This document shows positions 41,101 through 54,770 of a stretch of 64,000 nucleotides of DNA, piece after piece. The position numbers and the translations under genes were made by a program. This stretch comes from Octopus sinensis. Lineage: Eukaryota. Numbering within the stretch: the stretch's first letter is position 1; each line of letters opens with the position of its first letter. Below the pieces are notes generated by a model. The model was not told where the DNA came from and ran no database searches. It saw only the letters and a program-made list of their open reading frames with translations. The stretch covers positions 41,602,001 to 41,666,000 of the forward strand of contig NC_043004.1 of NCBI RefSeq assembly GCF_006345805.1, in the 5' to 3' direction.

Positions 41101-42371
41101 GCGAAGTACATCATCTACCTCAGCAATAATAGGAGCAAACAACAAGCTATGTTTTCTGTACAATAAAGAAATTCATTTTGACATGACGTATTTAGCAGAA
41201 TAAAAAGGTGAGTTGGTGTTTTTTTTCTAAACAAATATTTCTATGAATTTCAAAGAAATTGGATGGCGCGATAAAAAACGGTTCAATGATAACTAGACAG
41301 AAAAGGCAGCAGCTGATTTGAAGGGCGAGGATGTTCAGTCACTTTTTTATTTGATGCTCTGTCTTTTTTTCAGTTCAGGCATAAAAGACTTGTATTTATT
41401 TCAATGATTTTCGTAGGCAGTCATTTTCAATTATCGGATGTGAATACTGTATAACGGGCATTGGACATAGTTTTAACCATATATCGAAGGAATTTTATGA
41501 ATAACTATTAAGTTGAACAATACATACACGCACTTATCAATACATAAAAGTATGTGTGCGCGCACTTATGTGTTGTGTGTGTGTGTGTGTGCGTGCGGCA
41601 TCCCCTAGCGGAAAGTTATTTCAAGGGAGACAAGTCTGAGTTTGAAATTAAAGAATAAGGAAAACGTGTATCAAACATACATGTTTAATTTATTTTTAAT
41701 TTATGGAGTTCTTAAAATATCTTGTCAGTTGCAATTATGTATAATGCTATTTCATTATTTCCACAAATCGTCAGCATAATATATCTTAATTAAATATTTT
41801 AGGAAGAAAAACATTTCTCCTAGCTGGAAGAAATTCAATGTATGTGAGTTTTTAAAAAAATTTTTACGTTTTCTTCTTAGACTGTTAGTAGCTTAGCAAT
41901 CAAGAAAGCAGAATGAAAGTGTTCTTAGTGTCTCAGCAAACGCGTTGAGCGCTCTGTACCTAGTTCTGGAAATTGTAACCGACAGACAATATTGTAAACG
42001 ACAGACAATACTGATGATCTTGCAGATGTTTACGTGTTCATATACGTAAATATTAACAAGTGAAACTAATTAGTACATAGGTAATCGTTTTTTATTTCGT
42101 ATATTTGTTGTCTTGCTTATTTTTACAGTTTTTCTTTTTGCTGAATTTCTTCTTGAGAACACATTCTTCATGGAAAATGGCGATTTTGACGTCTATGTCT
42201 TGCATATAGGCTGTCCACTTTTAGTGGTCATTCCTCTAAATTTTGTATGTAAAAAAATGTTTAATCTTCGGATTTAAAAAAATATGCTAGGCCACTGGTT
42301 TTAATTGATTAATATCAATTTCTACCTTTATTTAACTTTATATATATATATATAAAGTTAAATAAGGGTAG

Positions 42372-42427
<56 letters not shown>

Positions 42428-42432
42428 GTATA

Positions 42433-42499
<67 letters not shown>

Positions 42500-43008
42500 C
42501 ATGTATAGATATTGACATAGATATAACGAAGATACCAAACAGTTGATGTATAATTTCCATTGAAAATGAAACGTTTCTAGACTATAGACCAGTTTCATTA
42601 GTAATTCGTAAAATATTACCAGGGTAACATCCATACCTACGCCATGTATGTGTACAAGTATGTATATAAGTTCGTATATATGTGTATGTACGTGTGTATG
42701 TGTGTGTGTGTGTATGTGTGTATAGCAATATGTGTATAGAAATGTGTGTGCATCACCTGTTATTTCTTTAGTTCTTTATCCAGTGTTCGGCAGACCTGCT
42801 AGTCAAAACTACTTTTCATCTTTTCAACAGGTTTTCAACGTTTCATACACGCGCGCACGCGGACACACACACACACACACACGCACACAGCAGACACACA
42901 CACTCACTTCCGTCTTCATGGAGATACTTATGAGCATATATACATACAAAGACACAGACACCACATACACACGCACACATCCATATATATATATGAAGAT
43001 GCAATATA

Positions 43009-43039
<31 letters not shown>

Positions 43040-43067
43040 GCGTATACGTACAATATATATATACACA

Positions 43068-43127
<60 letters not shown>

Positions 43128-43214
43128 CATAGAATGTATACATAGATATACAAACAAATATACAAACATGCACACACAGCCACATGCATATATGTATATA
43201 TATATGTATGTATG

Positions 43215-43282
<68 letters not shown>

Positions 43283-43844
43283 TATATGCACACAGAGTAA
43301 AAGATAGGAAAATGAAAGAGTGAGAGAAAGTAGGAGAGCGAGAGAGAGAGAGAGAGAGAGAGAGATGGGGAGAGAAAAGGGAGAAGGATGAAAAAAGAGA
43401 AAGAAAATAAAGGTAAAGTGAAAGAGAGAGAGTGAAAGAAAAAGCATGAAATACACGTTTGTGTTGAATTTGTCCCTGAATAATGATGAATAACAAAAGC
43501 TCTTTCATCTGTACGGCTTCTGTTTTTTTTTTTGCCAGAGACATTATAATGAATGATGAATCTTTATACGGAGAATTATAGACCATATATATTTTTTTGA
43601 TGAATAAGTGCCTCCTTTGAATATGTTTTGAAATATGGGTGATATCCTGAATGCCAAGTGTCTAAAAAAGGAGTCAAATACCATAAAAAAAAATGGTATA
43701 ACATTCACAAGGATGGCGCTCTTTATTAAAGTTTAAATGACACCAGAATGAGTTTCATTTCGCAAAAATTGCCAGAGCTTATTGACAGATATTTGGTGAA
43801 TACATACATGCAGGTATGTGTGTGTGTATGTGTGAGTTTCTGTG

Positions 43845-43876
<32 letters not shown>

Positions 43877-44315
43877 AGTTTGTGTGCGTGTATAAACCGA
43901 TAAACCGTAATGTAAGTGTTGTAAATTATACATAAATATACATTTTGAACTGTAGGCTGCCAATATATAAATGTGTATACATACATACATACATATACAC
44001 ACACACACACATATATATGTATATACACGAATATCTATACATACATGCATACATATATACATGCACACACACACACACGCACACACACACACATACACAC
44101 ACACACATATATATATACACACACACGTACATACAGATTCATCCATATATACATGTATGCATTCGCCTACACAGAAACACTTATAGGCATCCCTTACGCA
44201 TGCACACACACACACACACGCAGACAGACTGGTTCTGAAAACTTTCGTCAACCGGATGTCACTCAAGTATATGTATGAGACACTTGCCCATGATACATAC
44301 GCACACACACACGTA

Positions 44316-45523
44316 CATGACAGAAGTAAATAGACACCCTTATAATCATTAACATTTATTTAAATTTGAGATTATACATTTAAATTATTTCTACATTATT
44401 ATAATGTGAATAGCCAATATTCAGTAGATATGCCCTTCGCATTTTTCAATGCAAGGATCTATAAGGCATGCCACTAATCCGCTGACGAATATTCTCTTGA
44501 GTACTCTCAAAAGATCTGGCTTTGAGAATGTTTTCTTGTTCATTTTACGAAGTGTCCTGTCCATTATTTCCCAGAGGAATTTAATAGGGTTCATATCTGG
44601 TGACTAGCTTGGCCATGGAAGTTTTTTAATGCCATTCTTTTACAACCAATCTTAGGTCATTTTAGCCGTGTGACAGGGAGCCCCATCTTTCATAAATAGA
44701 GAGTCTTCATTAATCATTTCACTATTGGAGAAAATTGGAAGGAGTCCTTTCTGCAATATGGACATATATTTATCTGAGTTTATGTTTCTATCACACCCCA
44801 CCAGTTCTGATTGACCATTGCACCAAATTGTTCCCCAAACCATTACAGAATAGCTGCTGCGTTTCATTGTTGGCAGCAATCTTTTCATGTCAAATTCTCG
44901 ATCACAGAGTCTTCAGACCCACATATGACCACTGTCCGAAAATACAGCAAATCTGGTCTCATCAGAGAATATGAAAGTGTCCCAAAATGCTAGTGGCCAC
45001 TCTATCATCTCACTTGCCCAACCTTTTCTTCACGTGATATTGGTTGGTTGAAGAAGTGGCTTCCTTATGCTGCTCTGCCATAGTAGCCAAGTTTGTGGAG
45101 ATACCTGACAGCTGTTCTGGGACTGACATCAACTCGTTCTGCTATGCCAGAGGCCTTGCAATAAGGATCATTCTCCACACTTCACTTAACAAAGCAAAGT
45201 CAGACATCTCTGCCCGACCCGGGCAAGGTGATATGGACTCCTTCCCCTCTCTGGTGAATTGCACAATCGCCCTATTAACTGTAGAAAGCGGGACCCCAAA
45301 GTTTAATGCGATTTTACGTTAGGTCCACCTTCAGATTGACCCACAATACAGCTCTTTTGAAATTTGAACAGTTCCAAGGGTTCTTTTGTACATGAAATGA
45401 TCAAACAGCGACACACAGAACTGAAACATAAAAATGTCCATTAATAAAAATATGAACCTTTTCAAGTTAAAATAAACACATATAAAACAATGTTTTATGG
45501 GGTGTCTATTTACTTATTTCATG
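44316..45523 (-). mobile_element. Tc1-like DNA transposon, ~1.2 kb, defective transposase
   Basis: TIRs CATGACAGAAGTAAATAGACACCC / GGGTGTCTATTTACTTATTTCATG with TA on the left. Minus-strand motifs FIFSDETRF, VMVWGTI, FMKDGAPCHTAK and WPS*SPDMNPIK. Confidence 0.85.
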
Positions 45524-45564
45524 TGTGTCGTGTGCTTGTGTATGTATGTGTGTGTATATATATA

Positions 45565-45606
<42 letters not shown>

Positions 45607-45607
<1 letters not shown>

Positions 45608-48490
45608 CGGGAAGCTTATATGAAATAAACAAAAGACGAAGGCAGGTGGAAAACAAACGAACAATTGTATTAGTATGGCGCTCAGGAAATATAAATAAAA
45701 CAAGTCTTTAACGTTTCGAGCCTACGCTCTTCAACAGAAAGATACACAGAGAGAGAAAAACACAGAAAGAAGGAGAGAAAAAAAATGCGTGCAGTAGCTA
45801 ACGAATCAACATGGCGATCTGATTTCGGTCAGAGGTCAAAGATCAAACATGAGACGCGAGAGCGAAATAAGGGGAGATAATAGGGTTGATAAAAGGGTTG
45901 AGGGACCAGCTAAAAGTGCGTGGGAGGGGTCTGGATGTGTGTATGTATAGGGTTGGTGTATGTATTAGTATGTATAAGGGTGTGTGTGTGTGTGTGTGTG
46001 TGTGTATGAGAGAGTATTAGTGCGTAAGATTGGTCTGGACGTGCGTATGTATGGGGTTGGTGTATGTATTAGTATGTATTAGTATGTATTAGTACGTATT
46101 GGTATGTATAGTGTGTGTGTGTGTGTGTGAGAGAGTATAAGTGCGTATGCGGGTCTGGACGTGTGTATGTATAGGGTTGGTGTAAGTATTAGTATGTGCT
46201 AGTATGTATTAGTACGTATGTATGTATTAGTTGGTGTGTGTATTAGTATGGCACATCATATGTGATGTGATGTGTAAAGTCATGTGGTGTAGTGAGGAGA
46301 AGAGGGGGAGGGGGGAGAAGAGGGGGGGGAGAGAAGGGGAGGGGAAGAAGAGGGGGGAGAAGGGGGGAGGAGAGGATGGGGAGAAAGGAGGGGATGAGGG
46401 GGATGAAGGAGGAAAGAAGGAGAGGGGAGAGAGAAGGGGAGAGAGGGAGTGAGGAGCAGAGGGAAGGGAAGAGGGAGGGAGAAAGAGGGAAGAAGGGAAG
46501 GGGAGTAGGGGTGAAAGGATGAAGGACTGAAGAAGTAGGGGTCGGGTGGAGAAAGGATAGGTGAGGAGGGGGGTGAGGTTAGATGAGGAGGGGGGAGAGT
46601 TGAGACCAAATGGCGTATAAGAGCGAAGAGAGAAGATTAATTCCTGTTCACGGCGCAAACGGGATCCGGATGCCTCTGTGTAAGGACAAACCGAACACAG
46701 ATAGGTGTTGCAAGGAGTGACCGGTGGAGCGGAAATGGCGTGAGACCGGTGTGTCGTTCGCAAGGTGGATGTCACGAAGGTGTTCCGCGAACCGGTCAGC
46801 CAAGCGGCGTCCCGTTTGTCCGATGTACAAGGAATTGCAGAGAGAGAAGAGATGCAATAGATAATATTGCTGGAGGTGCAGGTGAAGGAGTGGATGATGG
46901 GATAGGGTCGATGGTGGGTGCTAGTGAGGCGGGTGGTGTTGGAGAGGTAAGGGCAAGTGCGGCAACGTGGGGGCGGGAGCAGGGGAACGAGCCGGGTTGG
47001 GAGGTAGGGTCAGGGAAGGAGCTATGGACCAAAAGGTCTCGAAGGTTTGGGCTCGTTTGAAAGAGGGGAGGGGTCGGTTAGGGAAGAGGTGTGAAGTGGA
47101 CGGGTCGGACTGGAGATGACGGAAAGCTCGAAGAATGGTGCGTTGGAGACGTAGGGTCGTGGGGTGGTAAGTGAGGGGAAAAGGGAGGCGGAGACTACAG
47201 GGCGGGTTCGGGGAGAGAGAGCAGATACACGGTCCACGGACCGTGCTCTGGCAAGGGCGGTGTGGATAGTGGTGAGGGGGTATCCACGTAGGGTGAAGTG
47301 GTGAGCCATACGTTGAGACTGAGTCTCAAAGTCATGGTCGTCACTACAGAGCCTACGTAGACGGAGGAATTGGGAATAGGGGATGGAAAGCTTGGTGTGT
47401 TCTGGGTGGGAGGAAGAGAAGTTGAGGTATGAGTGTGAGTCTGTGTGTTTGTAGTGAAGGGGTGGTAAGAGTGGAGTGAAGAATGCTAACCGAAATGTCG
47501 AGGAAGGAGACAGAGGTGTTGGAGATAGTGGAAGTGAAGTGGAGGCTGGATGGAAAGATTGGACGAAAGAGAGGAAGGAATCTAGATGTTCGCGGGAGAG
47601 TGAGGTGGCACCGATAATGTCGTCAATATAACGACCATATAGTTCAGGAGTGGGACCAGTGAAATTAGAGAATATTTGGGCCTCAACATAGCCAACGAAC
47701 AGGTTCGCATAGTTGGGGCCCATTCGCGTTCCCATGGCCACTCCCGAGACCTGATGGTAGAACTCGCCCGCGAACGAGAAGCAGTTCAGAGTAAGGACAA
47801 GTTCGGCCAGACGAATGATGTGGAGGTGTCAGGTACAGGGTAGAGCGGAGGTCAAGAAAGTGTCGAAGGGCCTGCAGTCCTTCGTGGTGAGGGATAACAG
47901 TATAGAGGCTTTGGATGTCCATAGTAAAAAGGATTTTGGAGGAGCCGGGAGGAAAGGAGAAAGAGTTGAAAAGCCGGAGAGCATGGTTGGTATCGTGGAT
48001 GTGGGAGGGAAGAGATGCCACTAGGGGGGCAAGGACACGGTCGAGGTATTAGAGATGAGCTCCGTGGGGCAGTTACAGGCGGAGACGATGGGGCGGCCAG
48101 GTTGTTGGGTTTGTGGATTTTGGGGAGGAAGTAAATGGTGGGGGTACGTGGGGTTCGCACAATTAGGTTGGATGGTGCGGGGGAGACGGGAGGACGAGAT
48201 GAGGTCTTGGACAGTAGAGGATACCGTCTGTTGGTAGCTACGTGTGGGGTTAGAGGGCAGAGGGGAATAGAAGGAGGTGTCATTGAGTTGGCGGAAAGCC
48301 TCGGCCCTATAGAGGTCCGCGCGCCACACCACTACAGCTCCACCCTTGTCAGCCGGTTTGATGATAATGTCAGCGCGCCGTTGAGGGAACGAAGAGCCAA
48401 GAGCTCAGCCGGGGAGATGTTGAGGCGGCGTTGGCGCCTGGAGAAGTTGAACCGCTCCAATGCACGCTGACAAGCGCCCGCGAAAAGATC
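45607..48490 (-). mobile_element. Penelope-like element 1 (RT + GIY-YIG), 5'-truncated, frameshifted, GC-richer than flanks
   Basis: IKPADKGGAVVVW, YFLPKIHK, GRPIVSAC, LFTMDIQSLYT, AMGTRMGPNYANLFVG, YGRYIDD, HYKHTDSHSYL, CNSLYIGQTGRRLADRFAEH. The 3' UTR has ~110-bp tandem repeats and a terminal repeat with HHR. Both ends abut (TA)n. Confidence 0.95.
45705..45742 (-). ncRNA. Minimal type I HHR in PLE1 terminal repeat (CUGUUGA core variant)
   Basis: TCTTT-CTGTTGA-A-GAGC/GTAG/GCTC-GAAAC-GTT-AAAGA. Confidence 0.65.
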
Positions 48491-48497
48491 CACTGCT

Positions 48498-48535
<38 letters not shown>

Positions 48536-48791
48536 ATATATCTATATATATATAATATTAGGGTAATAAGAATTATAGAAATTTTTTATTACCAGTGGCC
48601 TAGCGCAAAAAAATTTACTCAATATACTATATATTATTCCTACAAAATATCGTGTACATTAAAACACATTAAGAGGCTTCCATCATAGGAAAGCCTTGCG
48701 CTAGAAAGAGCAGTAAAAAACTCAAACCACTAATTAGGTATAAATTCTCGAAGGGAATGAAAATTAAAAACATTTACCATCCAATTTGATT

Positions 48792-48858
48792 CCTAGACCA
48801 TGGTTTCTGACTTATTTCAGTAAAAAATGATTTACTGAGGCCAGTCTTCATCAGTAGG
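48792..48858 (-). ncRNA. Candidate type I HHR with extended stem II
   Basis: CCTA-CTGATGA-A-GACT..TCAGTAAA/TTTACTGA..AGTC-A-GAAAC-CATG-GTC-TAGG. Palindromic stem III ACCATGGT and a GUC site. Confidence 0.6.
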
Positions 48859-49649
48859 TAGCCTTTAGATTTTAAATATACACACAACGAGATAGATTCC
48901 GCATGTAAACACATTGTTTATATATTCTAACTTTTCAACTCTACTGCACAGACGCAGTTTATTTCCGGCAACAGAGAGGGTGCCGGTAAATTAGTGTCGG
49001 TTGATAAATAAATGCAACTCGTTAGAATAACAATTCCGCAATGCAACTTCTTGTTTTATAGAAAGAAAAGCAGCCAGACGGACGAAATATCTTCATTTAT
49101 ATAGATCAAAAATAAAATCAGAGATGGCAAAAATAGAAACGAACACGCAATCCAGCGAGAAAAGTATTAAAAATAACCGTTAACAAATATGGATGTATAA
49201 ACGCCATCGGGCAATTTGCATGGCACGAGTACACTCGCTCATACAAACATCTGCGAAAATGTGAGTATACGCACATGTGAGGCTGGTGCACTCGTGGTCA
49301 CAAAGCGAGTTAACTATCTACTAAGTGTTTGTAAGAATGGGGAGATAAAAAAGTAAGCTTAAGTCATTCATACCTTAAAGTAAATTAAATTCTGTTAACA
49401 GTTACTCAAAATTCATTCCCACTGCATTGCGTGAAAGTACATTTATATACGTGTAGGTATCACGAGAGTCGTTCAGAAATTCTATTAGTGACCTTCTCGT
49501 TAGTCCACAAAATAGATAGGGATTCCTCGGAGCAGAGACGGCATCTTCTGGAAATTATGTTGTATGATTTCGCGTGCCCTATTATGCACCAAGTTATGCT
49601 GTACTTCATATTTTTCTCCTTCAGTCGCCATACAAAATCTGCTAAATAT

Positions 49650-49663
49650 GATATATATGTATG

Positions 49664-49707
<44 letters not shown>

Positions 49708-49768
49708 ATATATATAAATATGTATATTATATATACATATATAATATATATATATATATATTATATAT

Positions 49769-49801
<33 letters not shown>

Positions 49802-50020
49802 TTATATGTATATTATATATACATATATATATGTATATCATATATATATATATATATATATATAACATATATATCCTATATATCATATATATAATATATA
49901 TATACATATATATCATATATATCATATATATATACATATATATCATATATATACATATATATCATATATATATATATATATATAATATATATATATATAT
50001 ATAATATATATATATATACA
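49650..50020. repeat. Long interrupted (TA)n array
   Basis: Directly visible. Confidence 0.95.
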
Positions 50021-50739
50021 TATATCACGCACGCATTCTTACACGCAAGCCTGCCTTCAAGCATATTTATTTGTTTTATAAGTGTGCATGCGAATACAGC
50101 TGCATGCCTCGCACACATACTCGTTCGTCTGAATTCATTCCTATAGAAACACATACATATGTGTTTGTACATTCGTAAATGCGTGATGTGAATTATATTT
50201 CTCCGTGTATGCATGCAAACATACCACTATAAAAAAAGAATCAGCATGCGATTAAAATTTTAACATGAAAAAAAAAGCCATTAAAACTTTATGTAATATA
50301 AAAATATATAAAATATATTTTAGGTTAAGCAAGTAAAAAATATAAAACGTAGAAATAAGGGAATTCAAAAAGAAGTTAAAGCGAAGATTGTTAGATTTAT
50401 GTAGAAAGTAAGGGAAGCAGTTAGAACGGAAAGAGTGATGAACGGAAGAAAAAAAGAATGGAGGGAAAAGGTTATGTTAAGGAAGAATAAATAGAAGTTT
50501 CGAGGGTACACAGAAGAAAAAGAGAAATAAAAATAATAGGAAAATAGAAGGGAAGGGAACTGCAATCGATTTCTCAGTCAAAGCTAATTTTCTATTGATC
50601 TCTATGCTAAAACTATAAATGTAACTCACTGAAAGTTTTGAATCTAGTTTTAAAATTATATTCACTCTAGGTCTATAAGTAAATATTTCCAGTTTCAAAA
50701 TAAACATTGGTTTAAAATTTGTGGTACAGGTTCAAGGAA

Positions 50740-50912
50740 AGGAGTAAGCTGATTATACAGATTCCAGAGCCCAACTTTTACTTATTTTATCGACCCTGAA
50801 GGGATGAAAGGAAATGTCAAGCTTGGTGGGATTTGAACTCAGAATGTAAAGACGGACGAAATGCTATTAAGTATCTTGCCCGGCGTGCTACTAATTCTGC
50901 CAACTCTCAGCC
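50740..50912 (-). mobile_element. Old SINE A copy
   Basis: TTTTATCGACCCTGAAGGGATGAAAGG...GATTTGAACTCAGAA...CCGGCGTGCTA is the reverse complement of family A. Confidence 0.7.
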
Positions 50913-52029
50913 TTTAGCTCCAAAATAAATATTGAAAAGGGTATATTTTTCTAATAAAGTATTGGTTTATCTGATCAAATATTCATTAATTGAAAAGTGC
51001 TTGCTGCAATCCGAAGATTACAAGCGGATAATGAAGGATGCCCTCAATACTATTTGTTAAAGAAATGTCCTGATTCCACTAGATAAACTAACGGTAAAAT
51101 GGAAAGTATCATGGAACTCCACCCTACAAACAAAAAAAAAAAAAAAAAAAGAAGGCAAAAACAGATTGTTCTGGAAAGTGGAAAATGTACTTCTCCGAAA
51201 ACTTAATTTCTTCAACACGGCCAGAAAGATAAAATTCAGAATATTTTATAATTATATTCAAAACATCATACACAAGGACTTGACAGCTTGTAGAAACTTC
51301 AAAAGATCCATTTCTTTTCTGATGAAACGAAGAATCTTTATGAAGTCAATTAACCCATTTACTCAAAACTTATCTCCAGCAACATCAGCAAATCAAAACG
51401 AAAAATAAGAAAAAAAAAAAACGCGAATTGAAGCACACTTTGATTAAAACAGAAACAAATGACCTGGCCCTTTTCTTGAAGCATAGAGTTTGTAAGAATT
51501 CAGCTACTCTGTAAAGGCCCACATGTTCAACATTTTGCCAGATTAGAAAATGTCCTAAAATGTTGCCCACTGGTGTATTTTGCATGCACCTTTGTGAATT
51601 TTTTCTGTTTAGGTGGATGTGTATATATTATGTGTATTTTACGTGAGTACTTGTGTGTGTATGTGTGTATGTATATATATATGTATTTATTTATATATAT
51701 ATATGTATATATATATATGTGTGTATGTATGTATAGGTATGTATATATATTTGCATGTATATGTGTGTATATGTATATATTATTTATTTATATTTATATA
51801 CGTCTTACGTGAATACGTACTTCTTTATTTTACTTGCATCTTCCCTCACTCTTGCACCCCTGTATGTGTATGTGTGAGTGCATGTACATACGTGCACGTG
51901 TGTGTGCGTACGTGTATGTACATGTGTATATGTGTGCATATGCGGATTCTATGAACAAAGGTTTACTTTCGCCATACCTATTGGAGTAAATTTCCGTTTA
52001 TTGTATGTTTTTTTTCATAGCGTTTTTGT

Positions 52030-52104
52030 TTGTCTTAATAACTGATGAAATGCCGGATCGGACTTCAGCCCCGGCATCTGAAACTCTGAGTTTTATCATG
52101 ACAA
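52030..52104 (+). ncRNA. Candidate type I HHR with long stems I and II
   Basis: CTGATGA 52042-48; stem II ATGCCGG/CCGGCAT closed by A-U plus an A.C mismatch; GAAA 52080-83; stem III ACTC-T-GAGT; GUU site after 52092; stem I has 10 of 12 pairs. Confidence 0.65.
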
Positions 52105-52205
52105 CCAACTAATTGCCACATATTATATTTATAGACAATTTCCTCTATTTTACATAATATTGAGGTCTCATTCATTCTTTTGTTGTCATATTATTATTAT
52201 CATTT

Positions 52206-52277
<72 letters not shown>

Positions 52278-52283
52278 CAATAA

Positions 52284-52315
<32 letters not shown>

Positions 52316-52596
52316 CATACATGTATACATATATATATTTATATATATATATTTGTATATTGTCTATATGCATCCTTCTCAACTTTTCGCGTATCTTCTC
52401 ATTCAATATTTAGTTCGGTATGAATATTTTTGAACTATTTCTCAAAGTATCAAAGTGTTAATAGTACATAATAGTACATATGTATTAGAGAGCCGTATTA
52501 TTCCCCAACATGGAGGTCAGGGCTTTTTGCAAAAAGTTCCACCTTTCCTCTCCATTGTTAGCATCAACTATACACACACACACACACACACACGCA

Positions 52597-52627
<31 letters not shown>

Positions 52628-52662
52628 CACCACACACACACCACACACATATATATATATAT

Positions 52663-52960
52663 GGAGGCGCAATGGCCCAGTGATTAGGGAGGGCAGCGGA
52701 CTCGCGGTTTCGATTCCCAGACAAGGCGTTGTGAGTGTTTATTGAGCGAAAACACCTAAAGCTCCACGAATCTCGGGCAGTGGGTGGTGGCAATCCCTGC
52801 TGTACACTTTCGCCACAACTTTCTCTCACTCTTTCTTCTGTTGGCCTGCTCGCTTAGCCAGCGGGGTGGCGTCATTTAAAGGTTAAAACAATGCGATGCG
52901 CATTGTGACCAGCGATGTGTAGCAACATCTGATAGCCTGGTCCTTCACGGTGACGGTGAT
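52663..52960 (+). mobile_element. SINE family B, alternative 3' tail
   Basis: Head and body shared with 23326 up to CTTTCTCTCACTCTTTCTT, then unrelated. Confidence 0.8.
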
Positions 52961-52962
52961 AT

Positions 52963-53029
<67 letters not shown>

Positions 53030-53038
<9 letters not shown>

Positions 53039-53169
53039 ATGGATGTAAAATTAATGTAGACAACCGCGTATAATGTTTTACCAAAAAAAAACTATAATTC
53101 TCACTAAATATGACTGGGGTGTTATTTCTAGCAATGCAGATGATCTAACATTCTAACACTCTAATCCTA

Positions 53170-53232
<63 letters not shown>

Positions 53233-53362
53233 ATGGATGTAAAATTAATGTAGACAACCGCGTATAATGTTTTACCAAAAAGAAAAACTATAATTCTCAC
53301 TAAATATGACTGGGGTGTTATTTCTAGCAATGCAGATGATCTAACATTCTAACACTCTAATC

Positions 53363-53395
<33 letters not shown>
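53030..53395. repeat. Tandem duplication, period 194 bp, bounded by (TA)n
   Basis: GGATGTAAAATTAATGTAGAC at 53041 and 53235. Confidence 0.9.
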
Positions 53396-53400
<5 letters not shown>

Positions 53401-53602
53401 ATCGAACCTGAACAAAGAGAAAACACAACAACGCGAGGACGTGGAACAAGTATAATATTATTGGACGCTCAGGAAATGAAAGAAAGAAGGAGAATTTAGC
53501 GTTTCGAGCGGAGCTCTTCGTCAGAAACATAGAAGAAGGAAAGGCCCAAGGAAGGGAAGACGGAGAAACAAAATCGCCAACGATACACACGCGGTCACAT
53601 AT
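53396..53602 (-). mobile_element. Short PLE-terminal-repeat-like element with minimal HHR (homolog of 14668-14875)
   Basis: GTTT-CTGACGA-A-GAGC/TCC/GCTC-GAAAC-GCT-AAAT (53494-53528); starts at a (TA)n edge. Confidence 0.75.
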
Positions 53603-53669
53603 TAAATGACCGGAAGGGAATGGGTGAAGAAAAAGTTATTTCAAAGACAGGAGAGTGCAAGAGAAGGAA

Positions 53670-54770
53670 GTATGTGTGTGCATGTGCATGTATGTGCGTG
53701 CGCGCGGGTCTGTGTGTGTGTATGTATGTATGTATGTATGTATGTATGTATGTGTGTGTGTGTGTGTAATGATAGCACTTGTGTCTGTGTGTGTGTGGTT
53801 GTGACTGTTTATCTATGTGTGTGATTGGGCTTAGTATCATTTAAGGTCATAGGAAGAATTTATAGTGGGGGTAGCTCCTGTTGTGTGTCTACCTACACAT
53901 GTGCGTAGGAGAATGGTCAGTGGAAGGTATTGGTAGTTTGAAGCATGTGTGTGTGCGTGTATGCATATGTAGTGTGTATTTTGTTTGCAGTGCGTGTGTG
54001 TATTTGTATGTATGTGTGTGTTCGTGCGTGTATGTGTGTATGCGTAGGGGTTGTGTGTGTGGGGAGTAATTGTACTTTACTTTGTGTATGTGTGCGTGTG
54101 TGCTTGTATGTGCGTATGTGTGTATACATGTATGTATAATTGTGTGCGTGTATGTATGAGTGTGTGCTGTGTGTGTATGGGAGGTATGTGTGAGTTAATT
54201 TGCGTGCGTGTGTGTGTGTATGTATGCGCGTGTCGTATGTGCGTGTAGTTGTGTGTGCATGTATGTGTGCGTGTGTATGTGTGTGCGTATGTGGGTGTAT
54301 ATACGTGTATGCGTGGGGTTGCGAATGTTAGGTGTGTGTGCATTCATGTGCGTGTGTGCGTGCGTACGTGTGCGTATGTTTGTGTGTGTGTCTGTGTCTA
54401 TATGTGTATGTGTATGTGTGTGTGCGTGTATGCATATATTGTGTATGTATATGTATGGGTGTGTATGTGAATTTGTGTATGCATGTGTACACGGATTGTG
54501 TGTGGGTTTTTTTGTGTGGTTTGTGTAGGCGTAATGTGCGTACCTGTGTGTATGTACGTGCGTGTGCTTGTGTGCTTGTGCATGTATGCGTGTGCTTACG
54601 TGCGTGTCTGCGTGTATGTGCGTGTGTTTGTGCCCGTGTGTGTATAATTGTGTGCGTGTTTGGATGTGTATTGTGTGTTGGAGGTATATGTGCGAACCTG
54701 TGCTAGTGTGTGTGTGTGTGTGTGTGTGTGTATGTACGTGTGTATATGTGTGTGTGCGTGTATTATGTGC
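53670..54770. repeat. ~1.1-kb degenerate (TG)n array
   Basis: Directly visible; produces C/V/M-rich ORFs. Confidence 0.9.

Noticed and set aside
41199-41207. Possible 9-nt microexon (TTTAGCAG|AATAAAAAG|GTGAGT)
   Set aside because: Weak pyrimidine tract and no identifiable host gene; cannot be supported from sequence alone.
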